Source: Nitrospirota bacterium (GTDB taxonomy: Bacteria > Nitrospirota > UBA9217). From it: a stretch of 64,000 nt of DNA. This document shows, in pieces, positions 1 to 10,518 of the stretch; within the stretch, counting starts at the first letter, position 1; each line of letters starts with the position of its first letter. Under the pieces are notes generated by a model. It worked only from the letters and a program-made list of their open reading frames with translations. It made no database searches and had not been told where the DNA came from. The position numbers and the translations under genes were made by a program. The DNA lies in NCBI GenBank assembly GCA_963790205.1, contig CAWBNQ010000005.1:320001-384000 (forward strand), read 5' to 3'.

Positions 1-327
1 CCCCAGGGCGGTCGACTCGGCCACGGTGTTGCCGTGTTTGCTCGCCGTAACCATCATCACCGGGATAGAAGGAAAAGACCTCTTCATTTCCTTCAACACA
101 TCCATACCGGAAATCCCGGGCAGTTTGAAATCAAGCAACATAAGATCAATGTTGCCTAAAATCTTTAACGCATTGAAGGCCTCTTCGCCGGACGAAGCAA
201 TAAAAATGTCATAATTATCTTCCAGGGCATATTGGTAAAACTGGATCAGGGCCGGCTCGTCTTCCACCACAAGGATGACCTTCTTCCCGGATTTTTCCCG
301 GAACTTGCGTAAAGCGGACTTCCCCAT
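1..327 (-). CDS. Response regulator receiver protein (truncated by window edge)
   Basis: Manual translation from ATG at 327: MGKSALRK...VILVVEDE...IDLMLLDFKLPGISGMDVL...VMMVTA, a CheY-like fold. Confidence 0.85.
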   Translation of the reverse strand, partial: MGKSALRKFREKSGKKVILVVEDEPALIQFYQYALEDNYDIFIASSGEEAFNALKILGNIDLMLLDFKLPGISGMDVLKEMKRSFPSIPVMMVTASKHGNTVAESTALG

Positions 328-364
328 AATAAAGGCTCCATTGTTGAGCGCTGAAAAATCAATT

Positions 365-742
365 CTATCTTTTCAGCTCATCGCGGACCGCCTGCTTTAA
401 GGCGTCCGGGGTAAAAGGCTTTTTAAGGTAGCGCAACCTGCTTGCGGGAATCCCGTGACGGTCAAGGACCTCGTCCGGATGTCCTGACATGAAAATTATT
501 TTGATCGTCGGATGACAGGATAAAATAACGCGGGCAAGCTCCGCCCCGTTCAATATCGGCATGACCACGTCAACCAGAAGAACGTCGATCGGCGCACCAG
601 AGGCGTCAATCCGCTTCAATGCTTCTACTCCGTCTCTCGCTTCGAGAACCTGAAATTCCGAAGTTCTGAAAATATCGGCGACAAGCTGACAAATGGCAGG
701 GTCATCATCTACAACGAGTATGCATTTTGTTTTTTCAATCAT
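365..742 (-). CDS. Single-domain response regulator (CheY-like)
   Basis: ILVVDDD, LLVDVVMP, FMSG and KPF receiver motifs. Confidence 0.92.
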   Translation of the reverse strand: MIEKTKCILVVDDDPAICQLVADIFRTSEFQVLEARDGVEALKRIDASGAPIDVLLVDVVMPILNGAELARVILSCHPTIKIIFMSGHPDEVLDRHGIPASRLRYLKKPFTPDALKQAVRDELKR

Positions 743-972
743 AAGAGGCCCACATGCGATGCCACAAACAAAGGCGATAATTAGAGTTATTGATCAGCGG
801 CCGTTCTTATCCCGGCATGTCCGTGGACATTGAGCATCCGCGCCTTGATATGGGACGCAAGTTTTTTTTGGAATTCGCTCGATGTCGAGGTTATATGATG
901 AGAAACCGGAGGGGACAAAGATTTCCGTAATATCCTCTGGCCGGGCATCCTCGTCTTTGCCAATAAAATAAT

Positions 973-2274
973 GGCTCTCCCGGGTTTAGCATGGATACAT
1001 GTCTAGCCCGCCGCAGTGAAAGTAAATTGCTGTCTTGAAGTGTTCCTTGTTCCGAAATCCGTAGGCCATCTTTTTGATTGTCTGTATCTTGCTGTTGAGC
1101 CCTTCGCTGACCGCATTCGTTATGCGGTGCTGAAGATAAGTCAGAACGTTAGCAATATGTCTTTTGATCGTTCCTGCTGCGTCAATGATTGGCTTCAGCC
1201 TGCTGTGTGTTGCCCAGAAATACCACCGCTTCCAGAATTTCCTCGCTGACTCGGCATAGTTGTAATGCCACAACTTCCGAAACGTCTCCTTGATGGCCCA
1301 CGCGCGTCCTACCTTCAACTCAAGCTTTTGTAATGCGGCAAATTCCCTGCGGCGTTTCTCCGGAACGTTCTCCTTGCTGTACAGCCACAAGTACTTACTC
1401 CCCTTGAGCGTTTCGTCACCTTCTTTCATCCGCTGCCGATGTTCCTGCTTTCGTACCGTGTCTACCGCTTTCCCGAGGTAGCCCATAATGTGGAACCGGT
1501 CGAAAACGATCTTGCTCTCGGCACCAGGCACATGGGCACGCGTCGCCTCAAGGTAGGGCTCCCACATGTCCATTGCAACCGCCTCGAGGCCTTCTAATTG
1601 CTCCGGCGTCAGACTCTTGTAATAGCTCTCCAGACTGCTCTGTTTGCGGTCATCCTCGATGTGCTCTACCGTGCCTCCGTCTATATCGCTTACCAGCGTC
1701 AGGTATGTATGACCCTTGGCAATGGCTTTCTCATCGACGCCGATCCGGGGAACGACGCGGTCTTGTTTCCGAAGCTTTCCGCGCTCTACGGCGCGTTCCA
1801 TGAGGTTCCATGCTTCGTCCCAGCTTATCCGCAAGATCTTCGTGGCCCCGGTTATATCGCACTCCCGAAGAACATCTATGGCCAACCGCTCAAATAAAAC
1901 CGTGAATCGTGACTTCGGTTCCGCCCAAGGGACCCGAACCTGCAAAATCCCATGCTCTGCACACGTTATGCGGGGAATACGCGCATGCAAGTACGTCTTG
2001 AACTGGCAACTGTCAAGGTGACGCCATAACCGCTCTTCGGCATGATCATAGACCGTCGACTCCTTCGAGCATTCCGGACAAGACCATACTGCGTCCTTCT
2101 CATGTTCCACCCATACATCTACCCGCTGCTGCTTTACATCCAGTTCAACTTGACTGACACTCCAGGGTGACTTCAATCCCAGCAATTGCTGATAAAGTCC
2201 GGTATCCTGCATGATCGCCTCCTCAGGCGACCATCCTATCACATATTTCTACCCACGGGAAAGCCGGAAGAATC
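973..2274 (-). mobile_element. ISL3-family insertion sequence
   Basis: Imperfect 25-bp IRs (GGCTCTCCCGGGTTTAGCATGGATA vs GATTCTTCCGGCTTTCCCGTGGGTA) and 8-bp target duplication AAAATAAT at 965-972 and 2275-2282. Confidence 0.93.
986..2212 (-). CDS. ISL3-family transposase
   Basis: CPEC zinc finger, GVDE, AMDMW, FDRFH and NAVSEGLNSKIQ...AYGFRN motifs; start taken at MQDTG. Confidence 0.95.
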   Translation of the reverse strand: MQDTGLYQQLLGLKSPWSVSQVELDVKQQRVDVWVEHEKDAVWSCPECSKESTVYDHAEERLWRHLDSCQFKTYLHARIPRITCAEHGILQVRVPWAEPKSRFTVLFERLAIDVLRECDITGATKILRISWDEAWNLMERAVERGKLRKQDRVVPRIGVDEKAIAKGHTYLTLVSDIDGGTVEHIEDDRKQSSLESYYKSLTPEQLEGLEAVAMDMWEPYLEATRAHVPGAESKIVFDRFHIMGYLGKAVDTVRKQEHRQRMKEGDETLKGSKYLWLYSKENVPEKRRREFAALQKLELKVGRAWAIKETFRKLWHYNYAESARKFWKRWYFWATHSRLKPIIDAAGTIKRHIANVLTYLQHRITNAVSEGLNSKIQTIKKMAYGFRNKEHFKTAIYFHCGGLDMYPC

Positions 2275-2380
2275 AAAATAATAAGCGTCTGACGGCAAAT
2301 GCTTTCGGTACCGGAGGAGAAGTTCCCTGACAGAAAGTTTTGAGAGATTACATGCATCAGAGTCCATGGTACATCCCCTT

Positions 2381-2968
2381 TCAGGCGGGAGAGGTCGGGT
2401 CTTTTTTCTTTATAATATAGTTGTCAGGATTTTCATCACCCTGGAGGAACCTGCGGGAATCGTATTCCCAAGGGAAGCATTCTCCCTTTACGGTGTCGCA
2501 GGCTATGCAGGCAGGGACCCAATTCTCCCTGCAGCGCTCCCCGTTATTTAAATCACTGGACCTATGATATGGCTCTAGATGTTGTTTCCGAGGATCAGTC
2601 CTAATGCCCAAAGTATGATCGGCAACTCCAAGAATCATTTCATACAAATCTTGCTGAGATGTTTCGAACAGTGCAAGTCTGTTTTTATCAAGATGAACCA
2701 GCATAGCAACAAGAGCCGTTCTTTTATTCCCGTTATAAAAAGGACGATCATTGCATAAGCCATAGGCAAGTGTTGCAGCATTGCCTATGGGGTCTGGATA
2801 TTTTAGAGTATTACCGATACTTGTATCTTGTCTGAAAACAGCAGAAGCGAGCAAATCAAGGCTTCGAGTACCAGGAGGAGAAATAGGATCACCTGACTCT
2901 GCAAAATCTTCTACCAAAAATTCATGTATTTGAAGAACATCTTCAATGGACAATGTCTCTATCGACAT
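2381..2968 (-). CDS. Fic/Doc-family protein, catalytic His replaced, probably chimeric C-terminus
   Basis: Doc-like N-terminus; motif reads RPFYNGNKRTA instead of HPFxxGNKRT. Confidence 0.75.
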   Translation of the reverse strand: MSIETLSIEDVLQIHEFLVEDFAESGDPISPPGTRSLDLLASAVFRQDTSIGNTLKYPDPIGNAATLAYGLCNDRPFYNGNKRTALVAMLVHLDKNRLALFETSQQDLYEMILGVADHTLGIRTDPRKQHLEPYHRSSDLNNGERCRENWVPACIACDTVKGECFPWEYDSRRFLQGDENPDNYIIKKKDPTSPA

Positions 2969-3296
2969 TATTATCTCCCAGCGTATAGCGTTGAGATCAC
3001 TGTATTATTCATTTTATTTTGAATATACGCTTTGAATCGAGGGCTGTCAACGATATTGATTGGCAGATAGAATACTCAATGGGTAGTAAGCAAATAATTT
3101 TCAAGTGAAGTGTTAAACAGTTTCAAAGAATGTCAACAGCATCTTTCAGGAAGTGTCCGTCAATGCATGACTGTATCATAAAATTAAAACTTCATACGTA
3201 CTTTTCAGTGATGGTAAGCAAATAACGTGCTGTGAAAGAGGTGCCTGTTTAATCGGGGACCACTGTCCGGTTTCCGCGACAATCGGTGACCGACGT

Positions 3297-5135
3297 CTAA
3301 CTGTTATTAATATCTTCTTCGATCTCCATAGAGGTACCTGCATCATGGTCGGCCGCCCTCTTATCCCCAAACGGCTCCCGTTTCTTTCTTTCGACCGCTT
3401 CATTTGACTGAGCGGCCTGCTCCGTCTTTTGTGCAAACGATTCTTGTTCGTCAACGATGTTTTTAAGCAGGAGATCATTGCGTACGTCAAAGGGCTCCTG
3501 GCGTTCCGCATAGTGTTTGTATTGAAAGCGGATTTTGGTGATAGAGTAATTTGCGATCTTTAAATATGCCTCCAGGTCCTCAAGGTTCATGATTTCGCTG
3601 GGCATCACCAGGTCCTTTTCGCGCGTGCGCTGCATGAGGGAAACGCCGTCCCTGTTATCTGCCACCCCCATTGAAAGCGTCTGGTCGGTTTCGAGCACTT
3701 CGGTCCTTCCGATACGGTCGGACAGGTATTTTGCCGTAGTCGGATCGGACACCCTGAAGATAAGGCTGTTGCCGCAGGCGTTCAATATTGATTGCGAAAA
3801 TTCCGGGGAGTAAATCTTGTCGATCTGCCCTTTGTCCTGGATTCCGATAAAAACAGCGCCGCCCTTGCTCCGTGACAGGGTCAGGAGATCCTTGATCGTT
3901 GACAACCTCTGGAGCGTCCCGAATTCATCAAGGATAAAGAATATTCTGCGCTCGCGGTCGTCCTTCATGGAAAGAAGCTTCCGGCCGAGGAGGTCGACGA
4001 AGAGCGAAAGAATCGGCCGCAAGGTGTCCTTTACGTCTGCGGAGTTCGTAATAAAAATAGTCCCCGGGCTGGGATCATTCAGCCAGTTCGTGATGCTGAA
4101 TTTCCCGTCCACCTTGGCCATGTATTCAAAGCTCTTCACATACTGCATCATGACCGCGGCCACGCTCATGGCCTGCTTGGAGCTCGCGTCCTGGATGTAG
4201 ACGTATCCTCGCTCACCCCCTTTCGTATTCTTAAGCCAACCCGCGATATTTGTGATCGGCGCGGTGACAGCCGTCCAGATGGATCCGTTCGACAGCGCAT
4301 CGTTCTGATAAAGGTGGTGAAGAATTCCGCTGAACACGTCACGGGCCGCGTCATTCCAGAACGGGTCCTGCATATAGGACTGAGAGATCAGGCTGTACGC
4401 CGTAGCGTCGATGTCCATGTACGCCGTAAGCTCGTTAAAGAGGTTCCAGCCCAGGCAGCGCTTATCAAGGGGGTTAAAGATGATGTCCCGCTTAGGGTCG
4501 TAGAACTTGGCGAGATAGTCTCCCTTGAAGTCGTAGACGATCATTTTTTCTTCGCGCTTGATAAGCGTCTCGATCATTTGACTTGCCTGGTTCGTTTTGC
4601 CGGTTCCCGGAGCACCGATAAAAAGAAGATGCTTGACCTCGGCGTCCTTGGGCAAGTTCACCGGCCCGACCGGAAGATCGGGTTTGTCTCCATCGGGTCC
4701 CATCTTCCTGGATTTCATCTTCCTGGTAAGCTCTTCGGGGGTGATCAAGAGCGCCCCCCTGACATATTTATCGCGGCCCTGCTCTTTTGCGCGCTTTTTA
4801 AAATAAGCCAGCAGGAGCGGGTAAACCGCAAGGTAGCTGGGAATTCCGGAAACAACAAAGAGTGCGAACAATTTCCAAAGCATTCCATAAAACGCGTCCC
4901 GCAGATAGCCGTCCTGAACTCTTGAAAGCGGGTTAAGGAGACGGTCGGACATGCAGCGTCCGTAATGGAGCGCAAGCCTCATCGATCCCTCGGGCATGAA
5001 AATCATACTCACAATCACAAAGATGACGATATTGACCACAAAGCAGTACATGAAAATTGCCGAGTACATCTTTACGGCCATGCGAAAGGCATTCCACCAT
5101 GTCTCGTGGCCTTGATAGGCACTGTTCTTGTACAT
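3297..5135 (-). CDS. traD: Type IV coupling protein, TraD/TrwB family
   Basis: Two N-terminal TM segments, Walker A GAPGTGKT, YDFKGDY, FNPLDKR, Walker B FILDEF, SRSKGG..IGIQ. Confidence 0.93.
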   Translation of the reverse strand: MYKNSAYQGHETWWNAFRMAVKMYSAIFMYCFVVNIVIFVIVSMIFMPEGSMRLALHYGRCMSDRLLNPLSRVQDGYLRDAFYGMLWKLFALFVVSGIPSYLAVYPLLLAYFKKRAKEQGRDKYVRGALLITPEELTRKMKSRKMGPDGDKPDLPVGPVNLPKDAEVKHLLFIGAPGTGKTNQASQMIETLIKREEKMIVYDFKGDYLAKFYDPKRDIIFNPLDKRCLGWNLFNELTAYMDIDATAYSLISQSYMQDPFWNDAARDVFSGILHHLYQNDALSNGSIWTAVTAPITNIAGWLKNTKGGERGYVYIQDASSKQAMSVAAVMMQYVKSFEYMAKVDGKFSITNWLNDPSPGTIFITNSADVKDTLRPILSLFVDLLGRKLLSMKDDRERRIFFILDEFGTLQRLSTIKDLLTLSRSKGGAVFIGIQDKGQIDKIYSPEFSQSILNACGNSLIFRVSDPTTAKYLSDRIGRTEVLETDQTLSMGVADNRDGVSLMQRTREKDLVMPSEIMNLEDLEAYLKIANYSITKIRFQYKHYAERQEPFDVRNDLLLKNIVDEQESFAQKTEQAAQSNEAVERKKREPFGDKRAADHDAGTSMEIEEDINNS

Positions 5136-5150
5136 CCCATAACCTCCTCG

Positions 5151-5537
5151 TCAGCTCACCAACGATGCTACAAGAGCCGCGGTCTCGGAATCAGATTCCC
5201 CATGGTTGTCACCATTTTCCCGTGAGGCCCCCGACGGTACCGGAGAACCGGCCGGATTTGATCGATCCTTCCGGGAAACGGCCGGGTTGCTCCCCGGCTT
5301 TGGAACATTCGAACCAGACCGATCAGCAGGCCGGCAGGGCTGCCGTTCTTCCGATGACAGCGCTGCCGGCTTTTTTGCCAGGGAACATCCCGAGAGGCAG
5401 CCAAGCAACAGGCGTTTCAGAAACTCGTTTCGGGATTGGTCCACTTGGCTGACCCGTTTCTGAAGCAAGTCAAACAGCCTGCGGTCATCGTCCTTCTTGA
5501 GATTGAGACGCACTGATATGATCTCTATGTCCGCCAT
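5151..5537 (-). CDS. Ribbon-helix-helix protein, ParR-like adaptor
   Basis: Start MADIEIISVRLNL overlaps the parM end; RHH-like N-terminus, disordered linker and short C-terminal helix. Confidence 0.6.
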   Translation of the reverse strand: MADIEIISVRLNLKKDDDRRLFDLLQKRVSQVDQSRNEFLKRLLLGCLSGCSLAKKPAALSSEERQPCRPADRSGSNVPKPGSNPAVSRKDRSNPAGSPVPSGASRENGDNHGESDSETAALVASLVS

Positions 5538-6540
5538 GTGAGCCCTCTGCGCCGTTTTGGTCGGGCATCGCCTTAGCCGCCCTGTAGAAGCCGATGACGT
5601 TGGCGAACCGCGGGTTCTGGTGCACCAGGAAATGCCGATTGAGGGCCAGGATTTCATCTCGAAGGAGCAGCGCGCCCCCTCCGGTCAGCACAACCTTGTC
5701 CGGCCGTATCTCGCTCAGAACTACCTTGATTTCGTCGGTGACATCCCTGGCCATTTGTGACTTGTACTGGGTGGTGCGCTTCCAGAAATCCTGCCGCACG
5801 ACCTCTCCGTTGACTTTCAAAGTCGAGCTGCCGAAATGGTGAATGATGTTCCTGTGGATTTTGACCTCTTCGTTCGGCCTCATCTTGCCGTACTCGGATT
5901 CAAGGTCGGCCTTTATCTTTCCGAACAACTGGATCATGCCGGACAGACTTGAGGCCCTCCTGGCCGCGAGTTTGCCGCGCTCCAGAATGACGAAATTGAT
6001 CGTCCCGTACCCGATATCCACGATTGCCATCTGATCATGGAAGTACGGGCTCGTCTTCTGGTACCGGAAATTCTCGTCGAGCACGAGAGAAAGATAGGTT
6101 CCCAGGGGCTCGGCCATGACGTTCGCCCTGAGCGTGAAAGTGATGGACTTCTCGTTGATAATGGCGTGCTTCGTGCCGGAATATATCTCTTTGACCCTAT
6201 CGACCTTTTGCCTGCTGGTTGCCGTGCTGACCGGGAGGCCGAGGACGATATCGGCTTCGGTAATGCCCATCCTGGCAAGGGCAAGCAGGATGAAGGGGAT
6301 GTTGATTTCGTCGCTCTTTTCCTCGTCGGTCTTCCACACGAAGCTGGTTCCCAGCACAGCGTCCTCGCCGAGGATGAGGTCCTCGCCGTTGTACCGGATC
6401 GCCGATAATTGAGCCCCCGGGTCCGCCACGATCTGCGCAAGCCGCCCCCCTGCCCGCCACTTGGGGATTTCCCCAGATCCCTTGTCCGAGACGTACTTGA
6501 CGCTTGAATTGCCGATATCGACGCCTACTTTGTCCGCCAT
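5485..6540 (-). CDS. parM: ParM/StbA actin-like partition ATPase
   Basis: Actin-fold motifs VDIGNSSVK, AEP, IVDIGYGT and LTGGGA. Confidence 0.9.
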   Translation of the reverse strand: MADKVGVDIGNSSVKYVSDKGSGEIPKWRAGGRLAQIVADPGAQLSAIRYNGEDLILGEDAVLGTSFVWKTDEEKSDEINIPFILLALARMGITEADIVLGLPVSTATSRQKVDRVKEIYSGTKHAIINEKSITFTLRANVMAEPLGTYLSLVLDENFRYQKTSPYFHDQMAIVDIGYGTINFVILERGKLAARRASSLSGMIQLFGKIKADLESEYGKMRPNEEVKIHRNIIHHFGSSTLKVNGEVVRQDFWKRTTQYKSQMARDVTDEIKVVLSEIRPDKVVLTGGGALLLRDEILALNRHFLVHQNPRFANVIGFYRAAKAMPDQNGAEGSHGGHRDHISASQSQEGR

Positions 6541-6559
6541 ATTCCTCTCCTTTCAGATT

Positions 6560-6577
6560 TGATGTGATGTCACATCA
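6560..6577. promoter_or_regulatory. Palindromic operator TGATGTGATGTCACATCA upstream of parM
   Basis: 8-2-8 palindrome, 17/18 identical to 7063-7080. Confidence 0.7.
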
Positions 6578-6650
6578 TTTTTTACGATGCTTTAGCAATG
6601 AATTACCGGAAGTTTGAATTTCCGATGACTAAGATATCTTCGCCGCATTT

Positions 6651-7025
6651 TCATTGTCTGCCAAGTTGTCTCGACACAAATGGTGAAGCCTGGCCGAGTA
6701 ACATGATAATTCGATGTTGCTCGGCTGACCTCTTGTCCAACAAGGCAACGATACGTTTAATCTCTTTGAGTTCCGGACTATGTCCGTTGCCGTCACCGGA
6801 AGCGTTGAGGCCAGCCGATATGATTTTGAATTCCTCCCGGAGGGCCTCGATTTCCCGTAAATGGTTGTCCTTGATCTCCTGAAGGATTTCGACAAATGAT
6901 CGTTTGTCGTGGTCGTTTCTGATCAGGTCCCTGATGTAGTCGGAAAGGGTCTTTCCGTTTCTCATCGCTCCTGCTTCGAGGATCTTTTGATCGTTGTCTG
7001 TCAGCTTTACTCCCAGAAATGGCAT
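6651..7025 (-). CDS. RHH DNA-binding protein with coiled coil (relaxosome accessory-like)
   Basis: FLGVKLT..QKILEAGAMRNGKTLSDYIRDLI RHH pattern; lies next to the oriT-like region. Confidence 0.7.
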   Translation of the reverse strand: MPFLGVKLTDNDQKILEAGAMRNGKTLSDYIRDLIRNDHDKRSFVEILQEIKDNHLREIEALREEFKIISAGLNASGDGNGHSPELKEIKRIVALLDKRSAEQHRIIMLLGQASPFVSRQLGRQ

Positions 7026-7058
7026 CTCGTTTTCCCTCCCGATACTGACGCAATTCTG

Positions 7059-7089
7059 AAAGTGATGTGATGTTACATCACATCACTTT
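7059..7089. promoter_or_regulatory. Perfect 15-1-15 palindrome AAAGTGATGTGATGT-T-ACATCACATCACTTT
   Basis: Directly visible upstream of the RHH gene. Confidence 0.75.
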
Positions 7090-7101
7090 TGAAACCGATG
7101 A

Positions 7102-7345
7102 ACGGTTAAACGGCGTTTAACCGTGAAATTGCTGAAATAAATCCCTCAAGACACGTACCTGGTTAAACGCACCGTTTAACCGTAAAAACGTCGATAAAAC
7201 AATCAAATGCCGCATGTTCCGCATCCTCATGTTTAACACGCCGCTCAACGTTAGTTGAGTGGTGTGTGATGGACGACGTTCCGAACGCCGAAAGGAGCTG
7301 CCCGAACGGCAGCCACTCAAAGCTACTACATACAAGCAGTGATGC
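7102..7345. other. Candidate oriT region
   Basis: Non-coding gap between relaxase and RHH gene with two GGTTAAACG/CGTTTAACC IRs and further hairpins. Confidence 0.5.
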
Positions 7346-7362
7346 CCGTGCGAGAAATACAA

Positions 7363-10279
7363 TCACATCTCATGTTCCAGAACCTTCTGCTGCTGACGCG
7401 ACTCGTGTTCCTGCGATTTTCCCGGGTGAGGCATCTCCCTGAGACCGGCTCTTTCCTGGACCCGTTCCCCTCGCTGAATTTTCTCAGCTTCTGATTGCTT
7501 TATTTCCCAACTTGACGACTTCGTCAGATAGGTATTTAATGCTTCCCGTAAAGCTTCCGGGTCCCTGAAGTGGAGAGAAAGCTCCTGGTTCTCCCTTGTC
7601 CCCGCAACGTACGTCCTTTGGAAATCTTGAAAGTCCCTTCCGACCGCCCTTGGCGCCGTAGCTCCCTGGCTCTTATCCACAGTGCCCACATACCCGTACC
7701 GAAAGTAGTTATATTTATCGAGCGGGACATGGGTCTCCTCTGTCTCCCCTTTTTTGAGGTCAATGATTCGCTCCACTACCATGTGTCTGCCGCCTTCACT
7801 GATCTGCTTTACAAAAGCCATGTCGCCGTTCCTGACCCCGATTTTGCCGCTGCCGTGCAGTGAGTTTTTAAGGAACATGATCTTCTCGCCCCGGCTCAGG
7901 GGAATCTGGCGTTCGCTGTACGCAGTTATGTCCATGCCGTGATCCTTTACATCGATAGTATGCTTATTTCTAAACGTGACGCGAATGTGCCGTTCTCCGT
8001 CAACTTCGGACAAACCAAGATCCCGTGAGCTTATCGCGTAGGTTTCCGGGCGCGGCCGGCTCACGAAAAAGCAACCCCCGCACTTCATCTCTGCCGGTGA
8101 TCTGCAGGATGGTACCCCGGTTGGGCACCCCTTTCCATTTCCTGTTGATTTGGATGTAATCCCCGTCCTGGTAATTCTGGACGAAGTGGCGTTCCGCGTC
8201 GGACCGGAAGGAAACCGGTTCTTTTATCATGACCATGACCTCCTTCCGGCCGATCTCCCCGCGATCCCTGAGGGCAGCATGAAACCGGTCCCCTCCCTCG
8301 CGGACCTGCACGTTGGTCGTGGCCATGGAAATGGTGTTTTTCCAGTCCTTCATGACCTCATCGAATGCGTTTTCAGCCCGTTTCAAGTCGTCCTGCTCGT
8401 AGTGAATTGCTCCGGCTTTTTCGAGGGCGTCGATGATCTTTTCGGCCTTTCGTTCGACAAAGGCCTGCGAGATATCATGCTCCGGCGATCCCTCCCGCTG
8501 CCTCACGATATCCGTCAGATAGGCGCTGGCGATCTTCCGGTCGTCCTGGATGTCGTCAAACGGCTTGCCGGCGGCAACCGATGGAATCTGCCATCGGTCC
8601 CCGGAAAGAATGACCCGGCTGCCGGCGTCCGCTGCCATACGAAGCAGCTGGTTAAGCTGCCGGCTGCCGACCATCGAAGCTTCATCGATCACGTAAACCG
8701 TACCCGCATTCATGACTTCATGCTGTAAAAATGAATGAATGGTAGAGCTTTCGATCCCGCTCGCGTTCTTGAGTTCCCCTGCTGCCTTCCCCGTAAAAGC
8801 CAGTCCACGGACCGAGAAACCCCGCCCGGTAAACTCCCGGCTCAGCTCCTTAAAAAGGGTCGTTTTGCCGGTGCCGGCGTAGCCCTGCATGATCACAATG
8901 CGGTCGTTTGCGCTCATCACGGTCGTATAGGCCTCCCGCTGACTCTTTGTGAGGCCGCGCTCTCCGTTGATCCTGACAGCGTCGGCTTTCTCCCTGGCGA
9001 GATCCTTTTCCATCAGAGGCCGGACCTGACCCACTCCCTCCCTCGTCATGGCAATGTTTTCTGCCTCGATACGCTCCATGCCCGGCGTGGTGATGTGCCT
9101 GCCGTCTCCCGAAAGGTCCCGGAGATTGCGACCGTCTTTTAAAAGAGCGCCGGCGGCTCGCTCAAGGTCCTCGATCCTGTAGGCGGTCGGGAAAAGCTGC
9201 GCTGTCTGAAGCACCAGGTCCCGGCTGCTGAATACGCTTTCCCCGTGGCTCAGAACGTCCGCGGCCTTGATAACCGCATCCCGGGCAGTAGGCTGCTGCG
9301 CGTACTTTATAAGCGCCGCTTCCTTCGCGCGGTCGATCCTGTCGGCGATGTCGTTATCGGTGTAACCCAGTTGATTGAACCCGGCGCGGAGACTGGATCG
9401 CCATTCTTTTACGTCCGTAACCAGTTCTTTTTTCTTGCGTGTGGCGAGGCAGGCTATTTCTTTCAGTTTCGACTCGGACGCGTTGGGATACAACTGCCGG
9501 AGTTCCGGCAGCCTCTCTTTTATCTGTTGCGACCTGGCCGACGCCTGCTCTATGACCTCTTTCGGCATTCCCGCGAGCTCCACGTTGCCGTGGCTTCTGT
9601 CCAGGAGGGGAACGCCCTGTTCCTTGAGCAGGGTGGCAAACTCGGACATGTGCAGCTGGCCCAAGTACTTCTGATTCTCGAAGACGGGCCTGTTGTCGAT
9701 CGCGCGCCACTTCCCGTCGGCGGTCCGGGTCATATTCAAGAGAAAAGAGTGGGTATGCGTCTGGGGGTCCTGCTCGCGGGAAATATGGTGATCGTAATTG
9801 CCAAAGGCGGCCTTCCCCGTGAATTCAAGCTCGATTCGGCCCTTCTTCCAGATACGCGCGGCAACGAGGTTTCTCTCGATGTAACGATTCGTCTTCGCGA
9901 CAGCATTGTGGTGGGCCGCCATGATCTTTTCCGCAAGCTCCCGGAGCCTCGGGTCCTCGCTATCTTTGTAGGCCTCGACGATCAGAGAAAAGCCCTTGGG
10001 AAGGGAGTACGTGATATCGGTGCCGCCCTCCTTGTCCTGGACCCTGACGGTGCCGTCCGGCTGGGTGTACTCGCGCGCCTCGTACTTGACCAGCTCGGTG
10101 CCTTCCTGGTCCTTGCCCCATACCGCGTTTTTCCAGTCCTCGGGGTCTATTTCGCCCTCGCGGCCCTGCGCCTTCGCAAGATCACCGGACCAAAGTCCTT
10201 TACCCTCCTGGGTGTAGTAGCTGTCTTTTTCGTAATAACCCTGGGCGTCTTTCGCAGCCATGCCGGAAACACTGAACAT
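7363..10279 (-). CDS. trwC: MOBF relaxase-helicase (TrwC/TraI-like), with a +1 frameshift near 8000-8088
   Basis: YYEKDSYY tyrosines, SREQDPQTHTH HUH motif, GYAGTGKT, IDEASM, GDRWQ; the second frame carries YGYVGTVDKSQG; RBS AGGAG before ATG 10279. Confidence 0.92.
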
Positions 10280-10290
10280 AAGGGACTCCT

Positions 10291-10518
10291 TTATGATCGC
10301 GGCCTGGGCGTGCACCGCCGCGACACGTTGTAATCGCTCATTTCGAACAATCCCTCGTCTTTCGGGCCATCAAGGCCGCGAAAAGCATCGCATCGAAATA
10401 TGTTTTTCGGCCGTCCCGAAGTCGATCTCCCGGAAGGGACCCGTTTGACGAAAACGTAGACGTGCCTGCTGCCAACACGGCAAACCTCGTCACCTGGCTT
10501 CAATAATGTCGGCTTCAT
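10291..10518 (-). CDS. Small hypothetical protein
   Basis: RBS GGGAGG upstream; in a co-oriented run before the relaxase. Confidence 0.55.
   Translation of the reverse strand: MKPTLLKPGDEVCRVGSRHVYVFVKRVPSGRSTSGRPKNIFRCDAFRGLDGPKDEGLFEMSDYNVSRRCTPRPRS

Noticed and set aside
1..3296. Distal att site of the integrated element
   Set aside because: No copy of the tRNA-Ala 3' end was found; the boundary lies outside the window or has decayed
8000..8088. Programmed frameshift or true pseudogene in the relaxase
   Set aside because: No convincing slippery signal was identified; it has the same +1 pattern as five shifts in unrelated housekeeping genes, so an error is more likely
9245..10333. Long antisense ORFs (also 20318-21244, 30410-31588, 46526-47638, 60174-61052, 61205-62209)
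   Set aside because: Shadows of well-supported genes on the opposite strand, with no recognisable motifs
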